Positions 1-9,104 of a DNA stretch of 64,000 nucleotides are shown here, in pieces. The first letter of the stretch is position 1; every line of letters starts with the position of its first letter. Where the stretch lies: NCBI GenBank assembly GCA_046335555.1, contig JBKDHA010000023.1, forward strand, positions 1,153 through 65,152, written 5' to 3'. The translations under genes were made by a program, and so were the position numbers. Below the pieces are notes generated by a model. That model made no database searches, was not told the DNA's origin, and saw only the letters and a list, made by a program, of their open reading frames with translations. This DNA comes from Bacteroidota bacterium (lineage in GTDB: Bacteria > Bacteroidota > Bacteroidia > Palsa-965).

Positions 1-1094
1 GCAACTGCTGTAAACAATAGTGATGCAACAGCCGAAGCCGGTACTTCAATTGCACGCAGCGGACTGTAAGAATAGCTTCCGTTGTAATCCACTTGTTTAA
101 AACGGTAGTAAGAAAAACCTGCCGGAGCAGAGTTATCGAAAAACGAATAGTTACGCGGTTGCGATGTTGTTCCGCTGCCATTTACAATACCGATTCGCTC
201 ATACGTTTCACCATCTGCTGATCGTTCAATTTCAAACCGCGCATTATCTTTTTCGGATGCTGTTTCCCAGCGCAGTAATGGCTTCTGGTTGCTGAGTTCA
301 GCAGTAAAGCTGGTGAGTTCAACCGGTAAAATAGTAGCGCAGGGATCAACAAAAGGCCAAACTTCTAGATCATCAATTTGCATGTGATGATCGTTTGCTG
401 CATCGTTTACTTCTTCCCAGCGCAGAAAAATTTCGTTTCCTGCGGGAATAGCTACACTTATGCAGGCTTGAATGAGCACGCGGTTTGCAGTTGCATTTCC
501 GTTCATTGCCAAACACTGTGCCGATGATCCGCCGCATGCACTGCCGCCGAGGCCGGAGCTCTGCGTGTTGTTGTAAATTTGCTGAAAATTAAGTGCTGTT
601 ACATTTGTCCAGGTACCTGCAGTAAGTGATGTTACTGTGGCTGCTGTTTGATAGCTGAAAGCAATTGTATTTATGTTGCTCTGGTTTTCGGCAATCGACC
701 ATTGTTCGCCATAGTAGCGCACATAAATTGAGGTAAGCGCCGAGCCGGTTGAGTTGACAAGGCGAACGCCAAATCGTATTGTACCTGTTGACCCTGATGC
801 GCGTACACCAAGACTGCGGTCGGTACCTGATGCAATTACATAAGCTGCTCCGGTGTTATTTACATTAGCTGCTGCCGGTCCGCAACTGGCCTCGATAATG
901 GGTGCAGTTGTACTAACATACCAGCCCGTTAAATATGTATTGTTGGCCCAACCCGCAACTGCTGCACCGTCGGTTGAATTGGGCAACGAATTAAAATTCT
1001 GTGTGTAGGGTGTTCCTACTACTGTTAAACCTGCCTGACAGAATGCAGTGTGTGTGAGCAATAAAGCTAAGACTGAAACAAAATTGCGAAGCAT
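1..1094 (-). CDS. Secreted protein with N-terminal signal peptide, 3'-truncated by the window start. Its C-terminal part resembles a Bacteroidota extracellular beta-sandwich domain.
   Basis: Hand translation of the minus strand starts at the ATG complement at 1092-1094 and gives MLRNFVSVLALLLTHTAFCQAG, a clear signal peptide. It stays open with no stop down to position 1, so the ORF track omits it because it runs off the edge. The Thr/Asn/Gly-rich sequence is typical of secreted proteins. Confidence 0.5.
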   Translation of the reverse strand, partial: MLRNFVSVLALLLTHTAFCQAGLTVVGTPYTQNFNSLPNSTDGAAVAGWANNTYLTGWYVSTTAPIIEASCGPAAANVNNTGAAYVIASGTDRSLGVRASGSTGTIRFGVRLVNSTGSALTSIYVRYYGEQWSIAENQSNINTIAFSYQTAATVTSLTAGTWTNVTALNFQQIYNNTQSSGLGGSACGGSSAQCLAMNGNATANRVLIQACISVAIPAGNEIFLRWEEVNDAANDHHMQIDDLEVWPFVDPCATILPVELTSFTAELSNQKPLLRWETASEKDNARFEIERSADGETYERIGIVNGSGTTSQPRNYSFFDNSAPAGFSYYRFKQVDYNGSYSYSPLRAIEVPASAVASLLFTAV

Positions 1095-1308
1095 GGGTCA
1101 TACTTGTAAGCAACTTAAAACAAATGGCTGGTTTAGGTCGTCTGTGACTTCAAGGTTTTCAGCATTTGTTACTTCAAAATTAGAGTATTGGTATAAGCTC
1201 TTTGTTTGGATTCTGTCAAGGTTATGTAAATAACTGCCGATGAATTAGTTTACAGAGGAGTGGCTGAAAAATGGGAAATTAACATGCAAGAAATGCGTAG
1301 CAGACAGA

Positions 1309-1345
1309 CAAAAAAAATCCCGATCATTTCTGACCGGGATTTTTA
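1309..1345 (-). terminator. Rho-independent terminator downstream of rplS
   Basis: Hairpin AAAATCCCG-(12-nt loop)-CGGGATTTT, flanked by an A8 run on the + strand, which is a T8 run on the minus strand. It lies immediately 3' of the rplS stop. Confidence 0.6.
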
Positions 1346-1362
1346 TGGTGAAGAGCTGTATA

Positions 1363-1728
1363 TTATTCAGCAGAATCAGAAGTTTGAATGCGCTCCTGAA
1401 TACGTGCTTTTTTACCTGTGAGTTTGCGGAGGTAGAAAATACGGGCGCGACGAACAACACCGTGTTTTTTCACTTCAATTTTCTCGATAAACGGTGTGTT
1501 TGTCGGGAAAATACGCTCAACGCCAATGCTGTTAGACATTTTGCGAACGGTGAAAGTTTCAACAGAATCGTGACCACGACGCTGTAAAACAACACCTGTG
1601 AACTGCTGAATGCGTGTCTTGTCGCCTTCTTTGATTTGGTAATGAACCGTTACAGTATCGCCCGCTTTGAAAGAGGGGTGCTTTACCTTCGGAGAAAGCT
1701 GTGATTCAGCGTATTGAAGAAGATTCAT
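1363..1728 (-). CDS. rplS: 50S ribosomal protein L19 (bL19)
   Basis: 121 aa. The sequence ...[37 protein letters not shown]... is characteristic of L19, and the gene is adjacent to trmD as in the conserved trmD-rplS arrangement. Confidence 0.9.
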   Translation of the reverse strand: MNLLQYAESQLSPKVKHPSFKAGDTVTVHYQIKEGDKTRIQQFTGVVLQRRGHDSVETFTVRKMSNSIGVERIFPTNTPFIEKIEVKKHGVVRRARIFYLRKLTGKKARIQERIQTSDSAE

Positions 1729-1812
1729 GATGCGTATAGTTGTAATTGTTGTTCAAAATTGGAGTGCAAATATACGGACTTCCGCCTAATTAGCAAGTTA
1801 TTACAATAAATT

Positions 1813-2496
1813 TTACTTACTTCCTTCGCCCAGCCCGGGTCTGCGCTCCCGGGTTCGTTTTACAGCTTGTTCGTATCGCCAGTTGCTGATATTGAGTTCG
1901 TGGCCGGAAAGCAGAATATCGGGCACTTTCCAGCCCCGGAATTCGGCAGGGCGGGTATAAACGGGCGGAGCCAGTAAATTATCCTGAAAACTATCACTCA
2001 GCGCTGAGGTTTCATCGCTGAGCACGCCGGGAATGAGCCGGATTACGGCATCACTAACTACAGCGGCAGCCAGTTCTCCGCCCGAAAGCACATAATCGCC
2101 AACCGAAATTTCGCGGGTAATAAAATGCTCGCGCACCCGTTCATCCACACCTTTATAATGTCCGCAAAGGATCATGATGTTGGTGAGCGATGAAAACCGG
2201 TTGGCAATTGGCTGCGAAAACTGCTCGCCATCGGGCGACATATAAATGATCTCGTCGTAGCTGCGTTGTGCTTTCAGATCTTCGATGCAGGCGGCAATGG
2301 GTTCAATTTTCATAACCATGCCTGCGCCGCCGCCAAATGCGTAATCATCGACTGTGCGGTGCTTGTCGGTGGCATAATCGCGCAGGTTAATGATGTTGAC
2401 TTCGGCGAGGCCTTTTTGTTGTGCCCGCTTCATAATTGAATGAGAAAAAGGACTTTCAAGAAGCTCGGGAACAACAGAAATAATGTCGATTCGCAT
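1813..2496 (-). CDS. trmD: tRNA (guanine37-N1)-methyltransferase
   Basis: 227 aa with [17 protein letters not shown]...[15 protein letters not shown]...[13 protein letters not shown], typical of the TrmD SPOUT fold. It sits upstream of rplS. Confidence 0.9.
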   Translation of the reverse strand: MRIDIISVVPELLESPFSHSIMKRAQQKGLAEVNIINLRDYATDKHRTVDDYAFGGGAGMVMKIEPIAACIEDLKAQRSYDEIIYMSPDGEQFSQPIANRFSSLTNIMILCGHYKGVDERVREHFITREISVGDYVLSGGELAAAVVSDAVIRLIPGVLSDETSALSDSFQDNLLAPPVYTRPAEFRGWKVPDILLSGHELNISNWRYEQAVKRTRERRPGLGEGSK

Positions 2497-2704
2497 GGCA
2501 GAGTAATTGTGCTGAAAGCCGCCTGAATGTATTCAAACGGCGTGCAAAGGTATCAAGCCCGGCGATAAGTACAGCTTTTAATTGCTGTCTTTTCAGTGAG
2601 TTAATGCCGGAAGTACAATTTAACGCTTTCCGGCAGGCGAAAGTGGATATTTTTGCCAGACTCTTGCCGCTGAACGGCATTCGTTTATATTTGTTAATCA
2701 GGTT

Positions 2705-3712
2705 ATGGCCAACATCAGACACAACTGGACAATTCAGGAACTTCAGGAAGTTTACAACCGTCCGCTTCTCGAACTTATTCACGAAGCAGCATCCGTTCAC
2801 CGGTTGCATCACAACAGTCGGGCGGTGCAGGTTAGTTCACTGCTTTCGATAAAAACCGGAGGCTGCCCCGAAGATTGCAGCTACTGTCCGCAAGCAGCCC
2901 GCTACCACACTGAGGTAAAAGTACACAAGCTGCTTCCGGTAAAAGAAGTGGTTGAAACCGCCGAAAAAGCGAAAGCCGCAGGCGCATCGCGCATGTGTTT
3001 GGGAGCAGCCTGGCGCGAAGTACGCGATAACCGTGATTTTGATCAGGTGCTGGATATGGTGAAAGCCATTAACAATATGGATATGGAAGTATGCTGCACA
3101 TTAGGCATGCTTACAGAAGAACAGGCTGTGAAATTGGCCGAGGCCGGCGTTTATGCTTACAATCACAACCTCGATTCATCCGAAGAATTTTACGGAGAAA
3201 TTATTTCTACCCGCAATTACGACGACCGTCTGAACACCTTGAAAAATGTGCGTAAAGCCGGTATGACGATCTGTTCGGGTGGCATTATAGGAATGGGCGA
3301 AACCGCAACCGATCGTTTGGGCATGCTCAAAACCCTCGCCAATATGGATCCGCATCCTGAGTCGGTGCCCATTAATGCGCTGGTTGCGGTAGAAGGAACA
3401 CCGCTTGAGGATCAGCCGCCGGTTCCGGTTTGGGATATGGTGCGCATGATTGCCACAGCCCGCATTGTGCTTCCGAAAACAGTGGTGCGCCTCTCGGCCG
3501 GTCGCAATGGCATGAGCGCCGAAGGACAGGCACTCTGCTTTATGGCCGGAGCCAATTCTATTTTTGCCGGAGAAAAATTACTCACTACACCCAATCCGGC
3601 ATTTGATGCCGATATGGAACTGTTCCGCATTCTTGGTCTTGAGCCGCAAACACCCTTTGCCAAAGGCCGTCCAAAACATTTAACGCCTGCCGAAGAAACC
3701 CTGCAATCCTGA
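2705..3712 (+). CDS. bioB: Biotin synthase
   Basis: Radical-SAM motif [10 protein letters not shown], with the overall sequence and length (335 aa) typical of BioB. It is first in a bio gene string. Confidence 0.9.
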   Translation: MANIRHNWTIQELQEVYNRPLLELIHEAASVHRLHHNSRAVQVSSLLSIKTGGCPEDCSYCPQAARYHTEVKVHKLLPVKEVVETAEKAKAAGASRMCLGAAWREVRDNRDFDQVLDMVKAINNMDMEVCCTLGMLTEEQAVKLAEAGVYAYNHNLDSSEEFYGEIISTRNYDDRLNTLKNVRKAGMTICSGGIIGMGETATDRLGMLKTLANMDPHPESVPINALVAVEGTPLEDQPPVPVWDMVRMIATARIVLPKTVVRLSAGRNGMSAEGQALCFMAGANSIFAGEKLLTTPNPAFDADMELFRILGLEPQTPFAKGRPKHLTPAEETLQS

Positions 3713-4422
3713 TGAAAAAACTTCACATTATCACGTTCAGCTTTTTATTTGTTGCCGCCGCTGCCATTGCGCAGCCGGGGGCGCGTACTGATGTGAAGAA
3801 AAATATGGATAAGCAATTGGTCTATTTCGGTCACGGCTGGGGATCGGCTAAATGGAATTCGGCGCTTTCACAAACTTCGCTTTACGACCGCCAAGGCATT
3901 GTAGTTGAAACAGGTACGTTCAATTTCAAAGCAACAAGTCCTTATACATCGTGGGACGGAGGCGTGCTGTTTCCTTTTGGCCGTGTGCGTGCAGGTTTGG
4001 GATTGAGCTTCGAGAAATACATTTTATCAACGATTACACTTCAGAATACATCGGCACCGCTAATTTTCGATGAGAGTTTCAGGTTTGATGTGATTTACGG
4101 ACAGTTTGAATTGCCGTTGTTTCCCGAAGCACGTTCGGGCGTTTCGGCCTCATTGAACTTGCGTGTGGGCTATTTCAACTTCACAGGAGTTCAGCGTATC
4201 AATTTATTCGGCAATGATAACCCTTCAAATAATTGGATGATTAATTTTTCGCCGGTAGTTGATTATTGTATTTGGGGTAATTTCTTTGTGTATGCACAGC
4301 CGCAGGCCGGGATTAAAATTTTCAGCAGCGAAGCAGTTGATCCGGGCGGCACGGTGAAGCATACTATTTTTTCGTACAGCCTTCAGGCCGGGCTGCGTTT
4401 CGATCCTTCAAAGGAACGATGA
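3712..4422 (+). CDS. Hypothetical secreted protein, predicted outer-membrane beta-barrel, embedded in the biotin operon
   Basis: Signal peptide [21 protein letters not shown]. There are repeated alternating hydrophobic/polar strand-like stretches: GLGLSFEKYILSTITL, LNLRVGYFNF, FFVYAQPQAGIKIF, IFSYSLQAGLRF. The start overlaps the bioB stop (TGATG) and the stop overlaps the bioF start (ATGA). Confidence 0.6.
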   Translation: MKKLHIITFSFLFVAAAAIAQPGARTDVKKNMDKQLVYFGHGWGSAKWNSALSQTSLYDRQGIVVETGTFNFKATSPYTSWDGGVLFPFGRVRAGLGLSFEKYILSTITLQNTSAPLIFDESFRFDVIYGQFELPLFPEARSGVSASLNLRVGYFNFTGVQRINLFGNDNPSNNWMINFSPVVDYCIWGNFFVYAQPQAGIKIFSSEAVDPGGTVKHTIFSYSLQAGLRFDPSKER

Positions 4423-5549
4423 GTAAAGCAATTTCTTCTTTTTCTGCCGATGATTTTCTGCGTGAAGCATTAGAAAAGCGAAAGCAGGAAAATGCGCTGC
4501 GCAGCCTTCAGCAAACACATTCGTTAATTGATTTTTGCTCGAATGACTATTATGGTCTGTCGCGTTCCAATGCATTTGCCGAAGTGCTTGAAAAAGCAGC
4601 TGCCGGTTTGAGCAATGGCTCTGGCGGTTCGCGATTGCTGGCTGGAAATACTGCTTTTACAGAAGAAGTTGAGCAAGAATTGGCAGCCTTGTTCAATGCT
4701 GAAGCAGCACTCATTTACAATTCGGGATATACAGCCAATGCCGGTTTTTTTCAAGCTGTGGCCGGGCGCAATTCCACAATTATTTATGATGAATTGATTC
4801 ACGCATCGGTGCGCGACGGCATCCTGCTTTCGCATGCAAAAGCATACAGCTTTAAGCATAATGACATCGAGCATTTACAAACCCTGCTCAGTCGCGCAGA
4901 AGGCTTGGTATTTGTTGCGGCTGAGTCGGTTTACTCGATGGATGGCGACTGCGCCCCGCTTTTAGCGCTGGCAGAATGCTGCGAAGCAGCCGGTGCAAAT
5001 CTGGTGCTGGATGAGGCACACGGCACCGGTGTTTTTTGGCCGGGCATGGCCGCCGAGCTTGGATTGGAGCGGCGGATTTTTGCGCGGCTGCATACATTCG
5101 GAAAGGCCGCCGGTGTACACGGTGCTGTTTGGTTAGGCTCGGCATTGCTGCGTAGTTACCTGATCAATTTTTCGCGGGCCTTCATTTATACTACGGCATT
5201 GCCGCCGCATGCAGTTATGGCTATCCGCGAATCGTGCCGTTACATAGCGGCGCATCCCGAACTTCGCAGCGAACTTCGCCGCCGGATTCAAACTTTTGCA
5301 GAAGCGGCAAAATTATATCCGCAGTTACAGTTACTGCCGTCCGAAACACCGGTTCAGGCGTTGCTGCTGCCGGGCAACGAACGTGCGCGCAGCTTAGCTG
5401 GAATGTTGCGGCAGCAAGGATTTGATGTAAGAGCGGTGCTGGCACCAACCGTGCCTCCGGGAAAAGAACGCATCCGGATTTGTTTGCATGTTCATAACTC
5501 GGAAACCGAAATCCATGATTTACTTCGATCAGTAGCGAATCTTAGTTGA
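4419..5549 (+). CDS. bioF: 8-amino-7-oxononanoate synthase, PLP-dependent
   Basis: 376 aa with class-II aminotransferase-like sequence, including GLSRSNAF, DEAHGTG and the lysine region HTFGKAAG. It lies between bioB and bioD. Confidence 0.85.
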   Translation: MSKAISSFSADDFLREALEKRKQENALRSLQQTHSLIDFCSNDYYGLSRSNAFAEVLEKAAAGLSNGSGGSRLLAGNTAFTEEVEQELAALFNAEAALIYNSGYTANAGFFQAVAGRNSTIIYDELIHASVRDGILLSHAKAYSFKHNDIEHLQTLLSRAEGLVFVAAESVYSMDGDCAPLLALAECCEAAGANLVLDEAHGTGVFWPGMAAELGLERRIFARLHTFGKAAGVHGAVWLGSALLRSYLINFSRAFIYTTALPPHAVMAIRESCRYIAAHPELRSELRRRIQTFAEAAKLYPQLQLLPSETPVQALLLPGNERARSLAGMLRQQGFDVRAVLAPTVPPGKERIRICLHVHNSETEIHDLLRSVANLS

Positions 5550-5591
5550 CAAATAAAAGTTTATTTGCGACATTTGGACACAGCACCCCAG

Positions 5592-6212
5592 ATGATGAGA
5601 AAACTGTTTGTTACCGGAATTGGAACGGACGTCGGAAAAACTGTTGCTTCCGCGATCCTTGTAGAGGCTTTAAAAGCCGACTACTGGAAGCCTGTACAAA
5701 CCGGCAGCTATTTTTCTACAGATTCCGACAAAATCCGCAAATACATTTCCAACACAGTTAGCCAGATTCATCCCGAATCGTATGTGCTGCGCCAGTATAT
5801 GTCGCCCCATGCCGCTGCCGAACTGGAAGACACACGCATCGAACTTTCCAGAATACAACTTCCGGAAACATCAAATACATTAATTATTGAAGGAGCGGGT
5901 GGTTTAATGGTTCCGCTCAACGAAGAGGAATTTATTCTTGATCTGATCATAAAATTTGAAGCCGAAGTAATTGTTGTTATTCAGAATTACCTCGGCAGTA
6001 TAAATCACACTTTACTTACGCTTGATGTGCTTCGCTTCCGTAATGTTCCGGTTGCAGGATTGATTTTTAATGGTCCGCCGCATCAGCTTTCGGAAGACAT
6101 CATTCTTCGGCACAGCGGTTTGCGCTGTATCGGCCGAATCATGAAAGAAGGCATCATCAACCAGCAGGTCATCAGCAAATACGCTTCGCAGTTTGATTTG
6201 CAGCCGGCGTAA
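5592..6212 (+). CDS. bioD: Dethiobiotin synthetase
   Basis: MRKLFVTGIGTDVGKT P-loop typical of BioD. The ORF opens at 5565 but an internal Met at 5592/5595 is the likely start. Confidence 0.85.
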   Translation: MMRKLFVTGIGTDVGKTVASAILVEALKADYWKPVQTGSYFSTDSDKIRKYISNTVSQIHPESYVLRQYMSPHAAAELEDTRIELSRIQLPETSNTLIIEGAGGLMVPLNEEEFILDLIIKFEAEVIVVIQNYLGSINHTLLTLDVLRFRNVPVAGLIFNGPPHQLSEDIILRHSGLRCIGRIMKEGIINQQVISKYASQFDLQPA

Positions 6213-6244
6213 GCAGCACAGGCATCGCGCTTATCTTTGCGGTT

Positions 6245-7522
6245 ATGAAATCCGGTTCACTTTCTGAGCGCGACAGCAAAACAGTTTGGCATCCGTTTAC
6301 GCCGCAGTTGCCGGCGCACGAAGCAACAGCACTTGTGCGGGGCAGCGGAGCATTACTTTTTGATGAAAGCGGTCGCAGTTATATTGATGCAACAGCATCG
6401 TGGTGGGTGAACCTGCACGGGCATGCGCATCCGTACATTGCTCAAAAAATTACGGAGCAACTGCATACACTGGAGCATGCAATTTTCTCAGGCTTTACGC
6501 ATGCTCCGGCTGTTGAACTTGCCGAGCGGCTGTTGCAAAAACTACCTTATCTGAGCAAAGTTTTTTATTCTGATGATGGTTCTACAGCCGTAGAAGTTGC
6601 GCTGAAAATGGCTTTGCAGTATTGGCACAACAAAGGCACACCGCGCAGCGTAATTGTAGCTTTTGAAAATGCCTATCACGGCGATACGTTTGGCGCTATG
6701 TCGGCCGGTGCGCGCAATGTGTTCAGCCGTGCATTCGGGCCGCTGCTGTTTGATGTGGTGCATATTCCTGTTCCGCTGCCGGGTTCAGAAGCTGCAGCAG
6801 AACAGGCATTGGAAAATGTGCTGAAAACAAATAATGTTGCAGCCTTTATTGCTGAGCCATTGATACAGGGTGCTGGCGGCATGATTATGTATGAAGCCGA
6901 AGCGTTGAGCAGGCTCATTGTAAAATGCCGTGCACATCAGGTGCCTGTAATTGCCGACGAAGTAATGACCGGTTTCGGCCGTACAGGAACTTGGTTTGCA
7001 ACCGACCAGTGCAGCGCAAAGCCCGATATGGTTTGTTTATCGAAAGGCTTAACCGGAGGTTTTCTTCCGCTCGGCGCAACACTTTGCACGGCCGAAATAC
7101 ATGCCGCATTTTTAACATCCGACCGCACGCGCACATTTTTTCACGGGCATTCCTATACAGCCAATGCCACGGCCTGCGCGGCTGCGGTGGCAAGTTTTGA
7201 TTTGCTGGATGCACCGGCCGCGCAGGAGCAGATTGCCAAACTGAGTAAGTATCAGCAACAGCAAACGAAGAAATTTGGTGAACACCGGGCTGTTGCTGCT
7301 GCACGATGTTTAGGTACTGTTGCTGCTTTTGAAATACGCAGCCCGGAAAGTACATCTTATCTCAATCCGGTGAGTGAGCGTGTGCATCCGTTCTTTCTTG
7401 AACGAGGCATTATTCTTCGTCCGCTCGGCAATATTATATATGTGCTGCCGCCTTATTGCATAACAGAAGAGCAGCTGGAACAGGTGTATAACAGTCTCAG
7501 TGAATTTTTAGAAACCTGCTGA
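6245..7522 (+). CDS. bioA: Adenosylmethionine-8-amino-7-oxononanoate aminotransferase
   Basis: 425 aa class-III aminotransferase (SWWVNLHGH, YHGDTFGAMS, DEVMTGFGRTG) in the biotin gene context. Confidence 0.85.
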   Translation: MKSGSLSERDSKTVWHPFTPQLPAHEATALVRGSGALLFDESGRSYIDATASWWVNLHGHAHPYIAQKITEQLHTLEHAIFSGFTHAPAVELAERLLQKLPYLSKVFYSDDGSTAVEVALKMALQYWHNKGTPRSVIVAFENAYHGDTFGAMSAGARNVFSRAFGPLLFDVVHIPVPLPGSEAAAEQALENVLKTNNVAAFIAEPLIQGAGGMIMYEAEALSRLIVKCRAHQVPVIADEVMTGFGRTGTWFATDQCSAKPDMVCLSKGLTGGFLPLGATLCTAEIHAAFLTSDRTRTFFHGHSYTANATACAAAVASFDLLDAPAAQEQIAKLSKYQQQQTKKFGEHRAVAAARCLGTVAAFEIRSPESTSYLNPVSERVHPFFLERGIILRPLGNIIYVLPPYCITEEQLEQVYNSLSEFLETC

Positions 7523-7566
7523 TTGAACATATTGCCGGTTAACACGTTTTATTTTTAAATTGCCTT

Positions 7567-8322
7567 ATGCAACTCCAACACAAACGCACTCGGCTGCTGC
7601 TCATTCTCTCCGGAATTTTTATCACGAGCGCAATCACTGCCGAACTTATCAGTTCAAAATTAGTTCAGGTTTCACTCGACTGGGGCTTTGTAAATCTCGG
7701 GACGTATGTAACTATAATTGGCATTTTACCTTGGCCTGTGGTGTTTCTGACAACCGATATTGTGAATGAATTTTACGGCAGTAAAGTAGTTCGCTGGCTT
7801 TCGGTACTTACCTGTTTTATGATCGGTTATTCGTTTCTTATAGTGTTTCTCGGAATGCAGCCAACAGCCTTTACAGGTTCGCCCGAGGCACCGATTCCGG
7901 GAGTTGCAGATGACAAAACATTTAACCTTGTCTTTGGTCAGTCGCTTTGGATCATCATTGGCAGTATTACCGCGTTTTTGGTAAGTCAGCTTATTGATTC
8001 ATTTATGTTTTGGCTGATCAGAGAGCGAACCGGTGAGCGTTTTATTTGGTTGCGGAGTACAGGATCAACACTAGTATCTCAGCTTGTAGATAGTTTTGTA
8101 GTGCTTTATATAGGTTTTGTTATTCCCGGAAAATTCACACACGAACAATGGTGGGAAACCGGTTGGGTAAATTATGTGTTGAAGCTGGTAATAGCTGTAG
8201 GATTAACACCATTGATTTATCTCTCACATTATTTAGTGAAAAAATACTTGGGCAATAACGATGCCGAGCAGCAAATACGACATACAGCCGAAGAGTCGCT
8301 AAAGCATCCGGTTGATTCGTGA
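7567..8322 (+). CDS. YhhQ/DUF165 (VUT-family) integral membrane transporter, queuosine-precursor-transporter-like
   Basis: 251 aa polytopic membrane protein. N-terminal pattern ...ITAELISSKLVQV..WGFVNLGTYVT... matches my memory of YhhQ-family proteins. It lies 44 nt downstream of bioA on the same strand. Confidence 0.55.
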   Translation: MQLQHKRTRLLLILSGIFITSAITAELISSKLVQVSLDWGFVNLGTYVTIIGILPWPVVFLTTDIVNEFYGSKVVRWLSVLTCFMIGYSFLIVFLGMQPTAFTGSPEAPIPGVADDKTFNLVFGQSLWIIIGSITAFLVSQLIDSFMFWLIRERTGERFIWLRSTGSTLVSQLVDSFVVLYIGFVIPGKFTHEQWWETGWVNYVLKLVIAVGLTPLIYLSHYLVKKYLGNNDAEQQIRHTAEESLKHPVDS

Positions 8323-8603
8323 ACAGGCACTTCTTGGGCTGAAATACAATTTTATTTCCCGTCTCCTTTTTATGATTGTCGCAAAACCTGCTCTGAAAGT
8401 AATTTTAGCAGGTTATTTGCATTTTTGGTACGCATTAAATAACAACTTAATACCTTGAGTATTCACTGCTATTTATAATAGGTGTTTATGTAATCAATTG
8501 ATATATATTGTTTTATATATTAATTGAATGTCTGCTCTCAAATCATTTATATCAATAAAATACGAATTGATTTTCATTGTTTCTTAACAGACCTTCGCAA
8601 ACA

Positions 8604-8633
8604 GCAACAGCCGGCGCAGGGGCCGGCTGTTGC
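8604..8633. other. GC-rich perfect hairpin (12-bp stem GCAACAGCCGGC / GCCGGCTGTTGC, 6-nt loop) within a 740-bp AT-rich non-coding region
   Basis: Perfect inverted repeat read directly from the sequence. The nearest annotated genes are more than 280 bp away on either side. Confidence 0.5.
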
Positions 8634-9104
8634 AAACATCGGCAGGACGGTTAATTTTTTCCGGCTCCGATGGTGAGGGTACCAACAATACCCAACTGTT
8701 GCAGGATGGTCGTGATGATCTCCATAGCTTTTAAGATTTGGTGATCTTCAAAGGTGATCTTCACGATCCATCCGGCAATGGAAAAAAAGTATTCATAAAG
8801 ACATTCATAAGAAAATATTTAGGTAATATGTTAATAAAAAGTTTAAATAAATCAGTTTTTATTTTGAAAAAGGGTGTTGAGTGTTGTATGTTTGTGGTGG
8901 GGAAGGGAGGGGAGAAAGTATATAATTGTTTTCACAGAATGATTGTTGCCATTGGTATTCATTCTGCCTTTATTAAGTCATTCGGAGCAGCATTATTATT
9001 ATCCGACACTCACATTACGATCAATTTTAAAAAGCAAGCCTCCCGGTTTCGCAATTGTTTGATTGCGGCACACAATCTTTATTTACTTCGATATTCATAA
9101 CTAT

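Noticed and set aside
1245-1587. ORFs 1245..1460 (-) and 1345..1587 (+) overlapping rplS
   Set aside because: They are shadow ORFs of the well-supported rplS gene and its terminator region.
8738-9100. 120-aa + strand ORF in the AT-rich region upstream of the 9063 gene
   Set aside because: It is a low-complexity K/F/I-rich translation of AT-rich DNA. It overlaps the likely promoter and 5' end of the following gene, has no recognisable features, and is probably spurious.
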